From Azolla caroliniana (taxonomy: Eukaryota; Plantae; Polypodiophyta), in contig JBHGNT010000005.1 of the NCBI GenBank assembly GCA_043228905.1, positions 10,602,001-10,666,000 of the forward strand: a stretch of DNA of 64,000 nucleotides, read 5' to 3'. The translations under genes and the position numbers were made by a program. Below are positions 1 through 13,571 of the stretch, piece by piece; position 1 is the first letter of the stretch; each line of letters starts with the position of its first letter. Under the pieces are notes generated by a model. It searched no databases. It was not told the origin of the DNA and saw only the letters and a program-made list of their open reading frames with translations.

Positions 1-30
1 TGAACGATTCTTCCATTTCTATTGTTGTTT

Positions 31-561
31 GCTCTGATACCACTTTGTCGAGAATCATGACCGACCACAACCGGCTTCTCATTCGGATGTTCGGGTGTAG
101 GGAACGTAAAATAGAATGCACTCAGACAGAGTACGAAAACAGAAATAGCACAAGAGACAGAGACACACGATTTTAACGTGGAAACCCGAAATGGGAAAAA
201 CCACTATGCCCAAAAGAGGAGTACAACTAGAAGCTCCAAGGCAACAACCTCGAGATTCTACTTTGTCAACAGACGGCTACAGAGTTACACACTCACTCAC
301 TTATTGTTACATAGTTACAGAGGCAACAACCTAATAAGTAACCTTTTGACTATCACACATTATATTATGATTGCCCTAAGTACTTATATACTAGTACACC
401 TTTTGGGTTATTTACAAGTGTAGCCCATAAGGGCATATTTAGACTATTTGCAAGTATAGTCTTCCGAGTTGGCTGTCTACACAATTTCGGTTTCGGCCTC
501 GGCCGAGTTCCTCATCAACTCGGCTCTTCTCTTCCCATCCAGAGGGACCTGTTTCCTAACA
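31..561 (-). mobile_element. 5' LTR (46-561) and tRNA-iMet PBS (31-42) of a minus-strand Ty1/Copia (Tork/Tnt1-like) element whose body lies left of the window
   Basis: gctctgatacca at 31-42 is the reverse complement of the PBS TGGTATCAGAGC. TG...CA termini. Shares gtggaaa..ccaaa..gggaaaaaccac and cttcccatcc.gagggacctgt..cc.aaca with the LTR at 55651-56285. Confidence 0.85.
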
Positions 562-1596
562 ATTCTCTCGGTCGACTCTGTCGGTCGAACAACTCGGTCG
601 AGTGATGGGCTTCTACCGATTCATCAATGGTAAGTCCCATCGATTTTTGCCGAATGTCCTCAATGAGGACTTGGCCGATTGTCTCATCCATATTTAGGAT
701 CGGTCGGAAGTGTAGGTCGTGCAAAATACCACCCAACTCGCCAACAAGGTCGATAGGAGGGCAAGGGCTTTCACTTCTTCTTCAAAGTTGATCCCTTGAG
801 AGGAGAGTTCTGACAACACCCGGTTGAAGGTGTTGATGTGAGAGGTAGCCAGATCGGTCTCTCTCATCTTCATGTTGAACAATTGTTTGATCCAGATCAG
901 TTTTGAAGATGCGGACTTTTTCTCATACACAGCTTGTAGCTTCTCCCATAATGGGGATGTTGTCGTCTCTTTTGCCATGTTGAAGTAGACATTTTCGGCT
1001 AGGTGCATTCGAATGGTGGAGTGCGCGATTTCATCCATTGATCTCCACTCATCAGCTGACATTGAAGCAAGCTTTTCGGAGTGTCTAATGGCCTCGACTT
1101 GTCTTCAAATAATCAATACATCCAGCATCATCTCCTTCCATAGGGAAAGTTTCTGCCGTCGAATTTTCAGATCTCAACTCCTGTACCAGATGTTGATGCC
1201 ATGATTCTTTTGAAGGTGAGATTTGCTAACCTGGTCTTTTTCCTTTCAGTTTTTTTTTTGTTGTTTGTTGCCGTTGAGCCACGGATCACACTGATATCAG
1301 TTGAAGGACAGATATGTGTGGAAACATATGTGAGGACCTGTCGATTATGCTCAGCAAACAACACAGAGGGAAGGCAAGAAGATATAGACAAATAATGGAC
1401 ACACACGGATGAAGCTTTAATGGAAGCTCTTTTTATTTTTGCTTTCTCTCTCTCTCTCTCAGAGACTCGATGTACAGGATGATCAAGTGATTCTCTCTTT
1501 ACAACGTTAGGTTATCGCTTATATACTAAGCCCTAACTATATGGATGAGTTCACACTAGGATACAAAGTGGAAGGAGTCGGCCTTTTATGCCAACA
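562..1596 (-). mobile_element. Truncated Copia element: degraded gag (562-1200), degenerate PBS (1288-1299), 5' LTR (1302-1596)
   Basis: ORF 694-1062 (TIRMHLAENV..LWEKLQAVYEKKS..KQLFNMKM) is Copia gag-like. LTR TGAAGG...GCCAACA resembles the termini of 2636/13366. Confidence 0.75.
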
Positions 1597-2635
1597 CTCA
1601 TGTCAAGAAGAGAACTTGTCTCTACAAGTGTAAAGATAAGCATCTTGCACGAGGAGAGAAGGAAGGACAAGGGTGTCCTATCCCAGTTAGATGCAAATGT
1701 GTTGCAACATTCACGAAGACAATGGAACAAACAAACAAGTCCACAAAGAAAGGACAAGTCCCATGCCAGATCCAAGTCCAAGGGTAAGCTTATATGCTTT
1801 TATTGTGGAAAACCTGAACACTTCTAGAAGGACTGCCGACACCTTAAGAAGGACAAAGGTGTCTCAAATGATGTCGAACCTAGAAAGATCCCTGATGAGA
1901 ATGGCACTTTAGCCGTGGCAACAAGCGAAGAGGAGCTCCTGTTCATTTCTGAACATGCCAGTGCAAACATTACAAATGAAGAGTGCACCTGGGTGATTGA
2001 CTCTGGTGCATCGTTCCGTATAACTCCCTCAAGAGATTCTTTCTCGACTAACACAGTCGGTGACCATGGCTACGTAAAGATGGGGGATAATGGAGAATGC
2101 AGGAAGTCGGCATTGGAAGTGTGTGCCTGACAACGTTGACTGGTTTTCGGCTGACTATAAGGGATGTTCGACATGTCCCTGATATCACGCTGAATCTGAT
2201 ATCAACTGGAAGATTGGACAATGAAGGCTACAATGGTAGTTTTCGAAATGGCAAATGGAATTTCTCTTGGGGGAACCTCATAGTAGGCCGAGCACAGAAA
2301 TAGGGCACATTGTATATGATGCAAGCCAAGTTGTGCAAGGATGAAGCAAATGTGGTTGCTGACTCGAGCGGAGAGATATAGCATAAGAGGCTTGGCCATA
2401 TGAGCGGAAAGGGTATGCATATCCTAGCCGACCAAAAACTTCTTCCAGAAGTAAAAGGAGTGCACATGGAGAACTATTTCGATTGCTTGGTCAAAAAGCA
2501 AAACAGAGTTGCATTCCACTCAAGAAAACAAAGGATAAGAGAAGTTGCATTGGAACTAGTACACACAGATGTGTGCTACGTGGATACTCCATCGCATCAA
2601 GGAGGACAGTACTTTATGGCATTCATTGATGATTA
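1597..2635 (+). mobile_element. Host Copia (Tork-like) gag-PR-INT fragment, left part; continues at 13572
   Basis: Zn knuckle CFYCGKPEH, protease WVIDSGAS, GAG-pre-integrase, integrase LELVHTDVC...FIDDY interrupted by an insertion. Confidence 0.85.
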
Positions 2636-5169
2636 TGAAGGCAGCACGAGGATTAGGGTTTAGGTCAAAAACAGAGAGGGAGAGAGTCTAAGTGAGAGAC
2701 AAAGGGAGAGAGAGAGACATGCACGATGTCTTGGGTACAAAGAGTGTACCTCTTTTTTGGTTTTTAGATATTATGTATATACAAGTCAAAAGTGTGTTAC
2801 GAGAGCGTTCACAGTCGTGCATTAATAAAAGGAACGATGGCCCTTTATTCCCAACAACCTTCCACCTAAAGGCAATGTGCCATGAGAAGAAAAAAAAATT
2901 CAGCTAAGTCCAAGTATGTACAATGTTGAACTACATACATCTATCCAACTCCCATCATCTGTCGGCAATGAGCAAATCGCTCAACTAGAAGACCCTTCGT
3001 GAGAAGATCTGCAGGATTATTATTTGTATGTACTTTGACAAGCTCAATGTTCTTGTTGTCAAGTACATCTCTGATGAAGTGATACTTCACCTCTATGTGC
3101 TTCGTCTTTGCATGAAATACGGGATTCCGAGCTAGCATGATAGCACTCTAGCTGTCACAATGAAGAATAGGCAACTCTATAATGCCAAGATCTCTCACTA
3201 GATATGAAAGCCATAAGCCTCTTTGCATGGCTCAATGGCAGCAACATACTTTGCCTCTGTAGTAGACAATGCAACACACTTCTGTAGTCTGGAGATCCAA
3301 GAGACCACTCCTCTTGTGAAAGTAAACACATACCTAGAAGTAGACTTCCTGCAGCCTGTGTGACTAGCATAGTCTGCATCCGTAAAACCAACGACAGATG
3401 CCTTTTGGTTTCCAAAGCAAATGCCCCAAGTCCGTTGTGCCTTTGAGGTATCTCATAATACCTTTCACCGCTTCCCAATGCTTTTTACCAGGATTTTCCA
3501 TGTACCTACTCACCACTCCCACTACAAAGGGAATATCACGGCGTGTAGCAACCATCGCATATATCAAATTGCCAACGACGGAACCATATGGAACCTTTGC
3601 CATTTCAGCCTTCTCATCATCAGATGTAGGGTTGTCTTCTACACTGAGTTTCAAATATGGAGGCAATGGAACCCCAATTGTCTCCCCCCCTCCATATTGA
3701 AACGTTGCAAAACCGTAGAGATATACTCCTACTGAGATAGAAAGAGTACTCCTTTGGATCGGTTTCAGAGTATTCGCATGCCAAGGATGTGATTTGCATC
3801 ACCAAGATCCTTCATATCAAAGCTGCCATGAAGGCTTTGCTTCAATGAATCCAAGGCATGAATATCCTTGCCAACAATCAACATATCATCAACATACAAA
3901 ACCAAGATAATCAGGCTGCCATCACCTGCCTTCTTGGTGTACAAGCAGTGGTCCACTTCACTTCTACGAAAACCTTGAGACTACATAAATGCATCAAATT
4001 TATGATACCATTCTCTTGGTGCTTGTTTCAACCCATACAAACTCCTTTTGAGCTTACAAACCATCTTCTCTTTACCTTTAGCCACAAAACCTTCAGGCTA
4101 CTACATATATATGTCTTCATGCAGATTGCCATGTAAAAAGGCGGTCTTCACATCCATTTGTATGAGCTCCATATCTTCAGCTGCAACTAAGCCCAAAATG
4201 ATTCTTAATGTAGTCATCTTGACTACATGCGAGAAAATTTCATCAAAATCAACTCCATATTCCTGCTTGTATCCTTTTGCAACCAATCTTGCTTTGTACT
4301 TTGGTGAGGAATCAGAAATGACCTTCATTTTATAAACCCATTTGCATGGAAGTGTTTTCTGTCCTTTAGGCAACTACACCAAATCCCAAGTGTCATTTTT
4401 CTCAAGAGATTCCATCTCTAACAACATGGCTTTATACCATTTCTTATTGTCTTGTATGTCCATTGCTTCCTTGAAGCAAGTCGGTTCGCCACAATCAGTT
4501 ACCATGACATAATCAGCCACATTGTTTGCATCAGGAACAAATCTGTCAGGTTGTCTAGTAACTCTATACGATCTCCTAACCCAATGCTCATTGTTTGGTA
4601 GCTGTTGAGCCTACAAATCATCATTTTTAACTTATTGTCCAGGCATTTCAGTCTGTAAATCAGCATTAACAACTTGTTGTTCTAGCCGTTCCTGCACATT
4701 TGGTTGCTCATCATTATTGGCAAAGGCTGGTTGATCATTTCCAGCCTCATTTTTTGCATTTGCAGGTAAGTTTACATCAGTTGTTTGATGTTGTATAGCG
4801 GGCACATTTTTCTATCTAAAAGGTATTTCTTCTCGGAATACAACCCTCCGTACTTCCTCGGCCTTTTCAGGTTGTTTATGCATGCGATTTTCCCGAAAGA
4901 TAACATCATTGTTGCGTACTATTTTTCTTTTCTCGGGATCCCACAATCTATACCCCGTTTCACCCTCGTCGTCGTATCCTAGGAAAATACATTTGCATGA
5001 CTTTGGCTCAAGTTTGTTGCATTCTTCTTTATGAATGTGCACAAAAGCCTCACAGCCAAACACTCTCAAGTGAGCATATGAAGGTGGCTTACCCAACCAC
5101 GCTTCTTGGAGTATTCCCCCTCCCAAAGACCTACTAAGTGACCGATTAATCAAGTGAACAATGTTACCC

Positions 5170-5692
5170 TGTACGAGATGTACAGAGAGTCAATGTGATG
5201 AGCGAGGGTCAAATGTTATCATGATGATTGTTGTGTGTGTGTAGGGGACATAAATGTAATTGTGAGTCGATACGTATGTGAACACATGCACACGTGTGTG
5301 CATGTGGATGGATACGAGGAGGTGTGAGTGAGTGTCCAGTATGAATGCTCTAGGGGGCTTACACCCCTTTGTATCTACCCCCTCTTGTACTATTTAACCC
5401 CTTATGGGGAATGAATGAAGGAATGATCATTTTCTCTCTCAATCTCTCTCTCTCTTGTCATCTCTCTTTCTCTCTCTCTCCCCCTCAACGTTGAATCCCC
5501 TTGGGAGGGGGGTGGAGCCATTCTAGGCACCACCCCCCACCCCACAATGCTTCTCAATGATTCTCAACATCTTCATCTCGATCTCTCTCACCATCATACC
5601 ATTCATCATCTTCACTATTACACAATGTCTATCTTTATCATCAATCATCATCATTATCATAAATATTAACCCTAACCCTAAAACCTATAACA
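5170..5692. mobile_element. Foreign LTR-like segment (TG...CA) of the GC-hairpin family, related to 20780-21330
   Basis: Shares tatg.gaacacatgcaca..tgtgtgcatgtg, gggaatg.atgaa and the ggggggtggagccattctaggc.ccacccccc hairpin with 21040-21320. Flanks taccc/cctta do not match. Confidence 0.65.
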
Positions 5693-7806
5693 CCTTAGTG
5701 CAACCCCCGGATTGGGCGAAGGAATTTCATGTGTTCGTGGATGCGTCCGACATTGCAATTGGGAGTGCGTTGATGCAACTTACGGAGCCAAGATGGTACC
5801 GGCCCGTATATTACGCAAGCCGGAAGTTATCCGAAGCCGAACGAAATTATTCCACCACGGAAAGGGAAGCTTTAGGCATGATCTACAGTGTAACAAAATT
5901 CAGGCATTATTTATTGGGAAGAAAGTTTTCCTTCCATGTAGATCATTCGGCACTCCTCTACCTAGTGTCCAAAGCGTCACTTACCGGTAAGTTGGCCTGG
6001 TGGACTTTGCTATTACAGGAATTCGAATTCGAGATATTCCACCGACCCAGCATACAGCATGCGGTAGCAGATTATTTAAGCAGGTTAGATTCCGGCGAAA
6101 CCGGCGAAGGAGTATCGGACGAGTTTCCGGATGCTGAGCTATTTCGAGTCACCACGGAAACGGCAACAGATGAAACGGTGGCACCAGAAGATAAGTGGCT
6201 AACAAATATGCACCAATTTCTGAGCACCGAATTGCCTCTGGAGGAGATGAACTGGGACGAGAGGAAATGCTTGGCGGTACAAAGCCGGCATTTCTGTTTA
6301 TTACGGGACACGCTATACCACAAAGGTTCGGACGGTATATGGCGACGAGCAGTGTGCAGCGACGAGAAAGAGGTAATACTACGGGAAGCACACTACAGAG
6401 TCGCCAGAGGCCATTATGCCGGGGATGCTACGGCAAGGAAGATGTGGCAAAGTGGCCTATGGTGGCCAACTACATTTAAAGACGCAGTCCGGTACGCGAA
6501 AGAGTGTGATCTATGCCAACGAATGGGCCAGCCAACGGAACAAGCTAGGATGCCGCACCAACCAGTACTACCACTAGAACCATTTCAGAAATGGGGAGTG
6601 GATTTTGTCAGACCATTTAAACCACCGGCAATGAGAACTGGCAACCGGTATGTGATCATCGCGACGGACTACTGCACTTAATGGGTGGAAGCCAAAGCCC
6701 TACGAGACAACACCGCGGCGTCGACGGCAAAATTCTTATACAAATACATTTGGTGCCGATACGGATGCCCCATAGAGCTAATAAGCGACCAAGGAGGGCA
6801 CTTTCTTGGACAGATAGTGGAGAGCTTGACATCATTCTATGCAGTAGTACATAAACGGAGCACCCCGTACTACCCACAACCCAACGGATTAGCTGAGTCA
6901 ACAAACAAAACGCTACAGAATATCCTGCGCAAGATCGTCAATGAGAATCGGGCAGATTGGGACACGAAGTTGCACAGCGCACTCTGGGCTTACCGGACAA
7001 CCTACAAAACAAGCATCCAAACCACACCGTTCCGGTTAGCATTCGGATTAGAGGCAGTCATGCCGGTCGAGTTCCAGGTATCGAGCTTACGAATCCAGAT
7101 TCGGGAACGACTTAATGAAAAGGAATCAGAGGCAATTCGGTTAAAGGCTCTGTGTGAACTAGAAGAACATCGACTGGCGAGCATCATGCACCTGGAATTG
7201 GAACAACGGCGACGGAAAGCGTTTGTAGATCGGCACCGGAAGGGAAACAAAAAGATGTTCTAAATCGGCAAGCCGGTACTAGTGTTCCAGACCCAGATGG
7301 GTAAAATGCCAGGCAAACTACGGTTTAGATGGACCGGACCGTACTGGATCACACGCGGGTTCAATGGGTCTTACCAGTTAGGGACACTTGCCGGCGAGGT
7401 GCTGGGTAAATGGGTCAACGGATTTAGACTAAAGCCATACAAAGGACCTATGCCCAAGAACCCATTTGAACGAAGGACCGACACCGAATCGGACGCCGTC
7501 AAGCCAACCAAGACGGCAACCTGTGAGGAAAACGGCTACCACCAAGCCGGTAAGGAGGAGCACGAACCGGCAATCGAGGAGAGCAAAACGACGGCAAACC
7601 GTCAAGAGGCCGACAAGATGCGTGTTTCGGGTAAGGGTCTGGTAGGACCAGAGGCGAAGTAACCTAATAATCACATATTAAATAAATAAAATAAATAAAT
7701 AAAATAAAATAAATGGAATGGAATCAAAGAAATCATGGAAAGGAGTGGTGGGAACAGCCATGCAAACGAGGAGTAAAGAGGCACTTCGAAAAGGTACGAG
7801 GAGGCT

Positions 7807-10800
7807 ATGAATAGGACATTAAACCACCGCCACATGGCACGTAATGCTATTATAGTACACAACCTGCACATGCGTAGGCTCGAAAAAGGCGCCAAGATGC
7901 AGAGAGAAAAACCCCCACGCATCGAGACCTTCTCCTTTCGCGAACCAAGGAAAACAGACGCAAACAGACGCGTGAAGATCAATCGAAGAGAGCTCGCGCA
8001 CAGAGAACCTTCTCACTCAGAACTTCCTCTCTCAGACTCCCTCCACCATCAAACCTCGCCAACGCTCTCCGACCTTGACGCAGAGATGGACTGCCAAATA
8101 CTGTCTGAAGCTGCCAAGAAATGGCTACGGCAACACAGATTGGAGGGTTTCTTGACGATCATGGAGGCGGCGCCACACAAGGAGGCCGAAAAGATTATCA
8201 AAGACATTGACACCGAGCTGATCACGGAGTAAGCGATCCGTGCGTTAACAGGCCTTCCGGAGGGGGGCATCTACATGATCGACAATCCTACCTCCGAGCA
8301 GCTCATCAAATATTTCGGTGAGTATTCTCTCGCCAGCAAGGGCTACAGGACACAGGGTGGCGAAGATATGTTATTCCGCAAAATTGCCTGTGTACTCCAT
8401 GAGTTTCGCCACGTATACCCCCGACCCCCCGTTATGCCTCAGAACAGAGCAGGCTTGATTATCGCAACATACGAAGGGGTCAAGGTGGATTGGCCGGTGC
8501 TGATCGCCGACGGATTTTGCGCGACTATTGATACTGTAAGAGGTAAGGAAGGCAAAGAAGGCCGGAAAATATGGCATGCGGTGACGCAATGGCTCACCCT
8601 ATTGGCGCCACCTGTCGAGCTCGTCCAGACCAAGAAACGGGGAAGAGCAACGGACGACACCCCGAAACCTGCTTCAAAACGGCAACAGTTGTTGGCCTCC
8701 AAGGCCACTAAGGGGAAGACGGCCGACGTAGAGAAGGCGGCAAAGGAGCGCGCCAGCCAGAAGCGGCCAACGGACACGCACGAGGAGACACCGGCACGGC
8801 CCCAGAAGAGCCCACTCCACCAACCGGTGCAGCAAGAAATAGACACCCTAGCGGCAAGAATGAATGTCGAGACTCAGGAGGAGGAAACGGAGGAAGAGCC
8901 TATGGAGCACCTCCAGCTGCGGCCAGTGAGGAGGACCGCAAAATCAGCCGGGAAGCGTTCAGACCCACAGAAGGATGGAACGCCCACAACCCACACTGAG
9001 AATCCCACGCCAAGGGAGGCACCGGAACCGGTTCGGACGGAACCGGTCACAGAAGTCCCTGCACAACAGGCAGCACCGGCAAGCCCCGCAACTCAAGAGT
9101 CGGTTATACAAATGCCAACCTCCTCAGCCGGCCAAGAACAAGCAGAACAAGTGCGGCCAGCCGAAACACAACCGAAACCTGAACGGCAAAGAGATTAGCA
9201 GGCAGAGCCGGAATTGCCGCTCAACGCAGTAAGGTAGGACCAGCCACCGGCAAGTGAACCCATCAGCCAACCCGCCGTGCAGACGCAACAACAGGGCACC
9301 GGCAACCAATGGCTTCGGTGGATAGGAGAACAAATTGCCGGAGTAGTCGGATACGTAGAGGCGGAAGAACGAGCGCAAATGGAACGGTTGCTCGTCACAA
9401 CCGATGAACTAGAGACAGCCCGGTCAAGGATCCGGTGCCTCGAACAAGAATTGGATCGGATCACAGAAGACATGGCCAAAATGGCCTTAACCGCAACACA
9501 GATCCAAGCACCGATGACTCCGGTGGATGTACATATGAATAAGACCCCGAAGACAGAAACTGTCTCGGAGAAAGATGCGGCGCAAGCCCAAGAGCTTGCC
9601 GACTTAAGAGACGAACTTGCCGCACAAGAAGCATTACGGAGCCGTGAACGCGACTTGAAGAAGGCGGCCGAAGAAGAATTAAAGAAGACTACTGAGAACC
9701 TCCGTCGGGCAGAGGAAAACTTGCGTAAAGGACATCAATCTTACGACCGGCTAAAGGAGGAAAAAGAGAAATTGTTGCAGGAGAAAGACAAGTTGCGATG
9801 GATGGCGGAGACAGAAATCGAAAGGCTGAAGGAAGAACTCCGTCAACAGAAGAACCGGGAGGACCGCGTGCGCCGGCAGATCAACCAAAGGCTGAAGTAG
9901 AAGACCGATGATTTTGATCATCTGCACCGAGACTACAAGCAGCTGGAGGTGGAGTATAAGAAACAGCAGGAAAGGCTGGCCGAGCTCCAGCAAGAAGTTG
10001 ATAGGGCCACAATGGCACTCGCCGACGAACGAGCTGAGAATTCAAATCCATTGGAGGAAGCGGCGATGGACCGGATGGAGCTCCACAAGCAGAACCATGA
10101 AGAAAAGGAAAGAGCGACAATGGTGTTACAGAGGTTGCAAACAACCTATCAAAGTCAATTGTCGCATTATAGGGAGCAGGAGGCGGACACGGTTAGAATC
10201 ATCAAGCAATTGAAAGAGGAGCGACAAGCCGCGGAGAACAAATCATGGATGGGAACCGAACGGATCCAGTGCATCCTCCGAGCATGGCTCACCAAGACCA
10301 AACGCTTGATTGACGAGAGCTATGTGCAATGGTGGACGAAATGGGCGCAGAATACGGCGGAACTCCAACTGCTCAGGGCGGACGTGGAAAACCGGCGGAA
10401 GGAAGGTGACGACTGTTCTACGCTAACATCGGAGGACTTCACCGCCATAAGGGATGAGTTGGCCGAAGATTTCACAACCTTGGCGAATGAACAATTGGTG
10501 TAGGTCCGGCAGCTCATAGCTCAACTGGACGACGATCGGCTGGAGGCTCAAATCTAGTTTGAGAGCTATGAGCGGTCCCGGCTCCGGGAAGAAAAAGCAA
10601 GGAAGGCGGCAACGGTCAACCTTAGTGATGAGGAACCGTCACCGGTACAATGACTAGACGGGAACCATGTCGGGGTCAGTCAGCCAGCGACAACTCCGAT
10701 GGAGGAAACAACGAAGGAAACGCCAGTGCCAGAGCGACAAACGGAGCAGTAGCCCCAAACGGAGAAGGCACAAACGGAGCAGCCACCGCAGCAGCCACAA

Positions 10801-10893
10801 ACGGAACAGCAGCCACAACAACAACAACAGATTCCTGACGAGCCATTGGAAATTCTGGAGCAAAGCATTCTGGACATTTTGGACGAAGAGTAG
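7807..10893 (+). pseudogene. Extra retrotransposon ORF (~1030 codons, coiled-coil rich, unknown function) between pol and the 3' LTR, broken by in-frame stops
   Basis: ORFs at 7807, 8275, 9277 and 9949 share one frame, separated by in-frame TAA/TAG/TGA. Frame reads on to TAG at ~10893. Confidence 0.8.
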
Positions 10894-13571
10894 CAGGGCC
10901 GGATAATGGGTTCGACATACAAGGTATTGTCCCACGGGCGTGCCATGTGTTACCCGGTCGACAAAGAAGTCTTAAGGATGTCCAGACCAGAGTGTGAAAG
11001 GATAGTTTATTCGGGAACTGTTGTAATTATTTTATTAATATGGACGGACGGACCGGAATCGGTATGCCGATCCAGATTCGGACCGATTCCGAATAGGTGC
11101 CGGTTGGCACCATTTTGTACTTCGCACCGGAGACCTATATAAAGGCCCGGTTACAATGTAATTGACAGTGGATAATTAATAGAACTTATTGCCTTAACCT
11201 TTCAGTATTGATTACCGTTCTGTACTCATTGTTATATCTTATGCGTGTTAATGACGTATTGCTAAGTAACCAATTAAGGTCTAATTAAGCGTTGTGTCAT
11301 AAGTCATCTTGCCGTAACACCCTTTGGTGAAGTGTCTTAAGTGGACACCCTGCATTAGGCTGTTGTCCGGCCTTAGGATTAACAAACAATTGTCAGAACA
11401 GCCTTTGCCCAAAAACCATGGGGTAACGCAGCATGAGACAGCATAGTACAAACCTTATCTTGAATAGTCCAATTCATACGCTCTCCAACTCCATTTTGGG
11501 GTGGATTATAAGGGTCAGTGAGTTCCCTCTTTATCCTATTGTTGTCACAAAATGCTTGAAAAGCCTTGGACACATATTCCCCACCATTGTTAGAGCGAAG
11601 ACACTTAAGTGTCTTATCAATTTGATTCTCAACTAATGCCAAAAATGTTTGAAACTTGTCGAGCACTTCATCCTTGGTACAAATAGGGTAAACCCATACC
11701 TTTCATGTAGCATCATCGACAAAAGTGACTAAGTATTTCTTTCCCCCTAATGATAGCCCTAGCATCTTACATACATCTGAATGTACTAACTCAAGCGGGG
11801 ACAACTTCAGCGAAAGAGACTTTTTATGAGATGTTTGTACATGTTTACCATAAATGCAATGATCACAATGTTCAAAATCAGCATAACGAAGACATGGCAA
11901 GTAACCCAAATGAGACAATACTTTCATACCAGTTTCACTCATGTGTCCCAACCGCCCAATGCCACAAAGAAAAACTAGGTTGCTCGGTTATAGCAACAAC
12001 ATGGTCACACACACTAGATACATGGAGAGGATACAAAGTATCACTTTTACTACCCTTGGCAATAACTCTAGACCCCTTACAAATCTTCCATTTCCCATCA
12101 GCAAAGGTTGTGTGAAATCCATCATCATCTAGTTGTCATGTTCTAATCAAGATCTTCTTGAGCTGAGGTACATGTCGTACACGCTGAAGTGTGAAAGCAA
12201 AACCATGTTGAAACTATAATTGCACAGTGCCAATACTTGCAATTTCACATGCATAATTGTCCCCAAGATGGACAACACCATGTCTACCCCTTGTGTAATC
12301 TGAAAACCACTCATGATGAGGGGTGACGTGAAAAGAAGCACCATAATCGAGTATCCAAGTGTGCATGTCACCATCTATATCTGCAACTAAAACATGTTCT
12401 CTATGGCATGATGAAACAAAGAGTACATCATTTCCAATATCATTACCATGAGTGACTACATTCACCTCTTCAATTTTAGTATTGCCTTTCCTCGGTTGAA
12501 TGTCTCTCTTTTCTTCTTTGAAATCATCTATCTTCTTGCCCTTTCCTTTCTCTTTCTTCCATTTTAAACAATCACGTTTAAAGTGACCCTTTTTGCCACA
12601 GTGATTGCATTCTACATCTTTACCACATGATTACTACAGCCATAACTATCAAATTTGCCTCTCTGTTGTGACCTACCCCTCATATGCAATGCACTAGAGG
12701 ACTTATTGGATGCATTGTTTTGCCGACTCATCTCTTCCATGAGTAGATAACTCTCTACATCAGCATAAAGAAGCATTGCATTTGAATTGCTCATAGAAGT
12801 CCTGAAAGTATCCCAACTTTCTGGCAAGGTGCAAAGTAAAAACGTGGCCTTAAACTCATCATCAATGATGAATTTCAAGGCAACCACTTGGCTGAAAATG
12901 GAATTGAATTCACTCAGGTGAGTTGACATGGGTGTGCCCTCTATCATGCGCAAATCCATAAGTTTCTTAAGCCAATAAACTTTGCTAGTTGTCGTCTTCT
13001 GGGCATACAGTTCCTCTAGTCCAGTCCATATAGAATAAGCACAATCCAAACCTTCAATATTAAACAGCAAGGCATCACAAATCGACAACTCAATAGTCGA
13101 GCGTGCAAGCTCATTCAACTCTTGCCAATCATCTTGGTGCATATTTGTAGGCTTTACCCCTTTGACTTTAATAGGCTTTGCATGCGTCTTCTACAACAGG
13201 ATGTTGTAGCACTGCTTTTTTCAAATCGCAAAGTTATGTGCACCCTCAAGCTTCTTGATGTGCATAAGGTGGCTACTGTCACGGCTGCTAGTCATGATTT
13301 CTTAGCCCAAACGGATGACCAAACCTACTCTACAGAAAACCCTAAACTCTGTTATGATACCCGTTTGAAGGTAGCACGAGGATTAGGTTTTAGGTCAAAA
13401 ACAGAGAGGGAGAGAGTCTGAGTGAGAGAGAGACATGCAGTTGTCTTGGGTACAAAGAGTGTACCTCGTTTTTGGTTGTTAGATATTATGTATATACTAG
13501 TCAAAAGTGTGATACGAGTGTGTTCACACTCGTGCATTAATAAAAGGCACGATGGCCCTTTATTCCCAACA

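Larger units (their letters stand above)
5162..11384 (+). mobile_element. Ty3/Gypsy (non-chromovirus-like) element nested in the Copia integrase: RNase H-integrase 5693-7662, extra ORF 7807-10893, 3' LTR 10948-11384
   Basis: TSD AACAA at 5157-5161 and 11385-11389; host reading AVLTIV|HLINR is restored on removal. RH motifs VDASD, NYSTTEREAL; INT motifs HHCC, WGVDF, ISDQG, GLAE, WTGPY. RH-before-INT order. Confidence 0.9.
2636..13571 (-). mobile_element. Full-length degenerate Ty1/Copia element: 3' LTR 2636-2856, PPT 2857-2868, RT/RH 2941-4500, INT 4812-5156 and 11385-11950, gag 12612-13280, PBS 13351-13362, 5' LTR 13366-13571
   Basis: Paired LTRs TGAAGG..CCCAACA. TSD GATTA at 2631-2635 and 13572-13576. 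Motifs YKARLVAKG, QMDVKTAF, LYVDDM, FHAKTKHIEV. Confidence 0.95.

Noticed and set aside
46-561. Pairing of this LTR with 55651-56285 as one giant element
   Set aside because: Geometry is wrong (5' LTR on the left, 3' LTR on the right, both minus strand) and the sequences are diverged; they are separate insertions.
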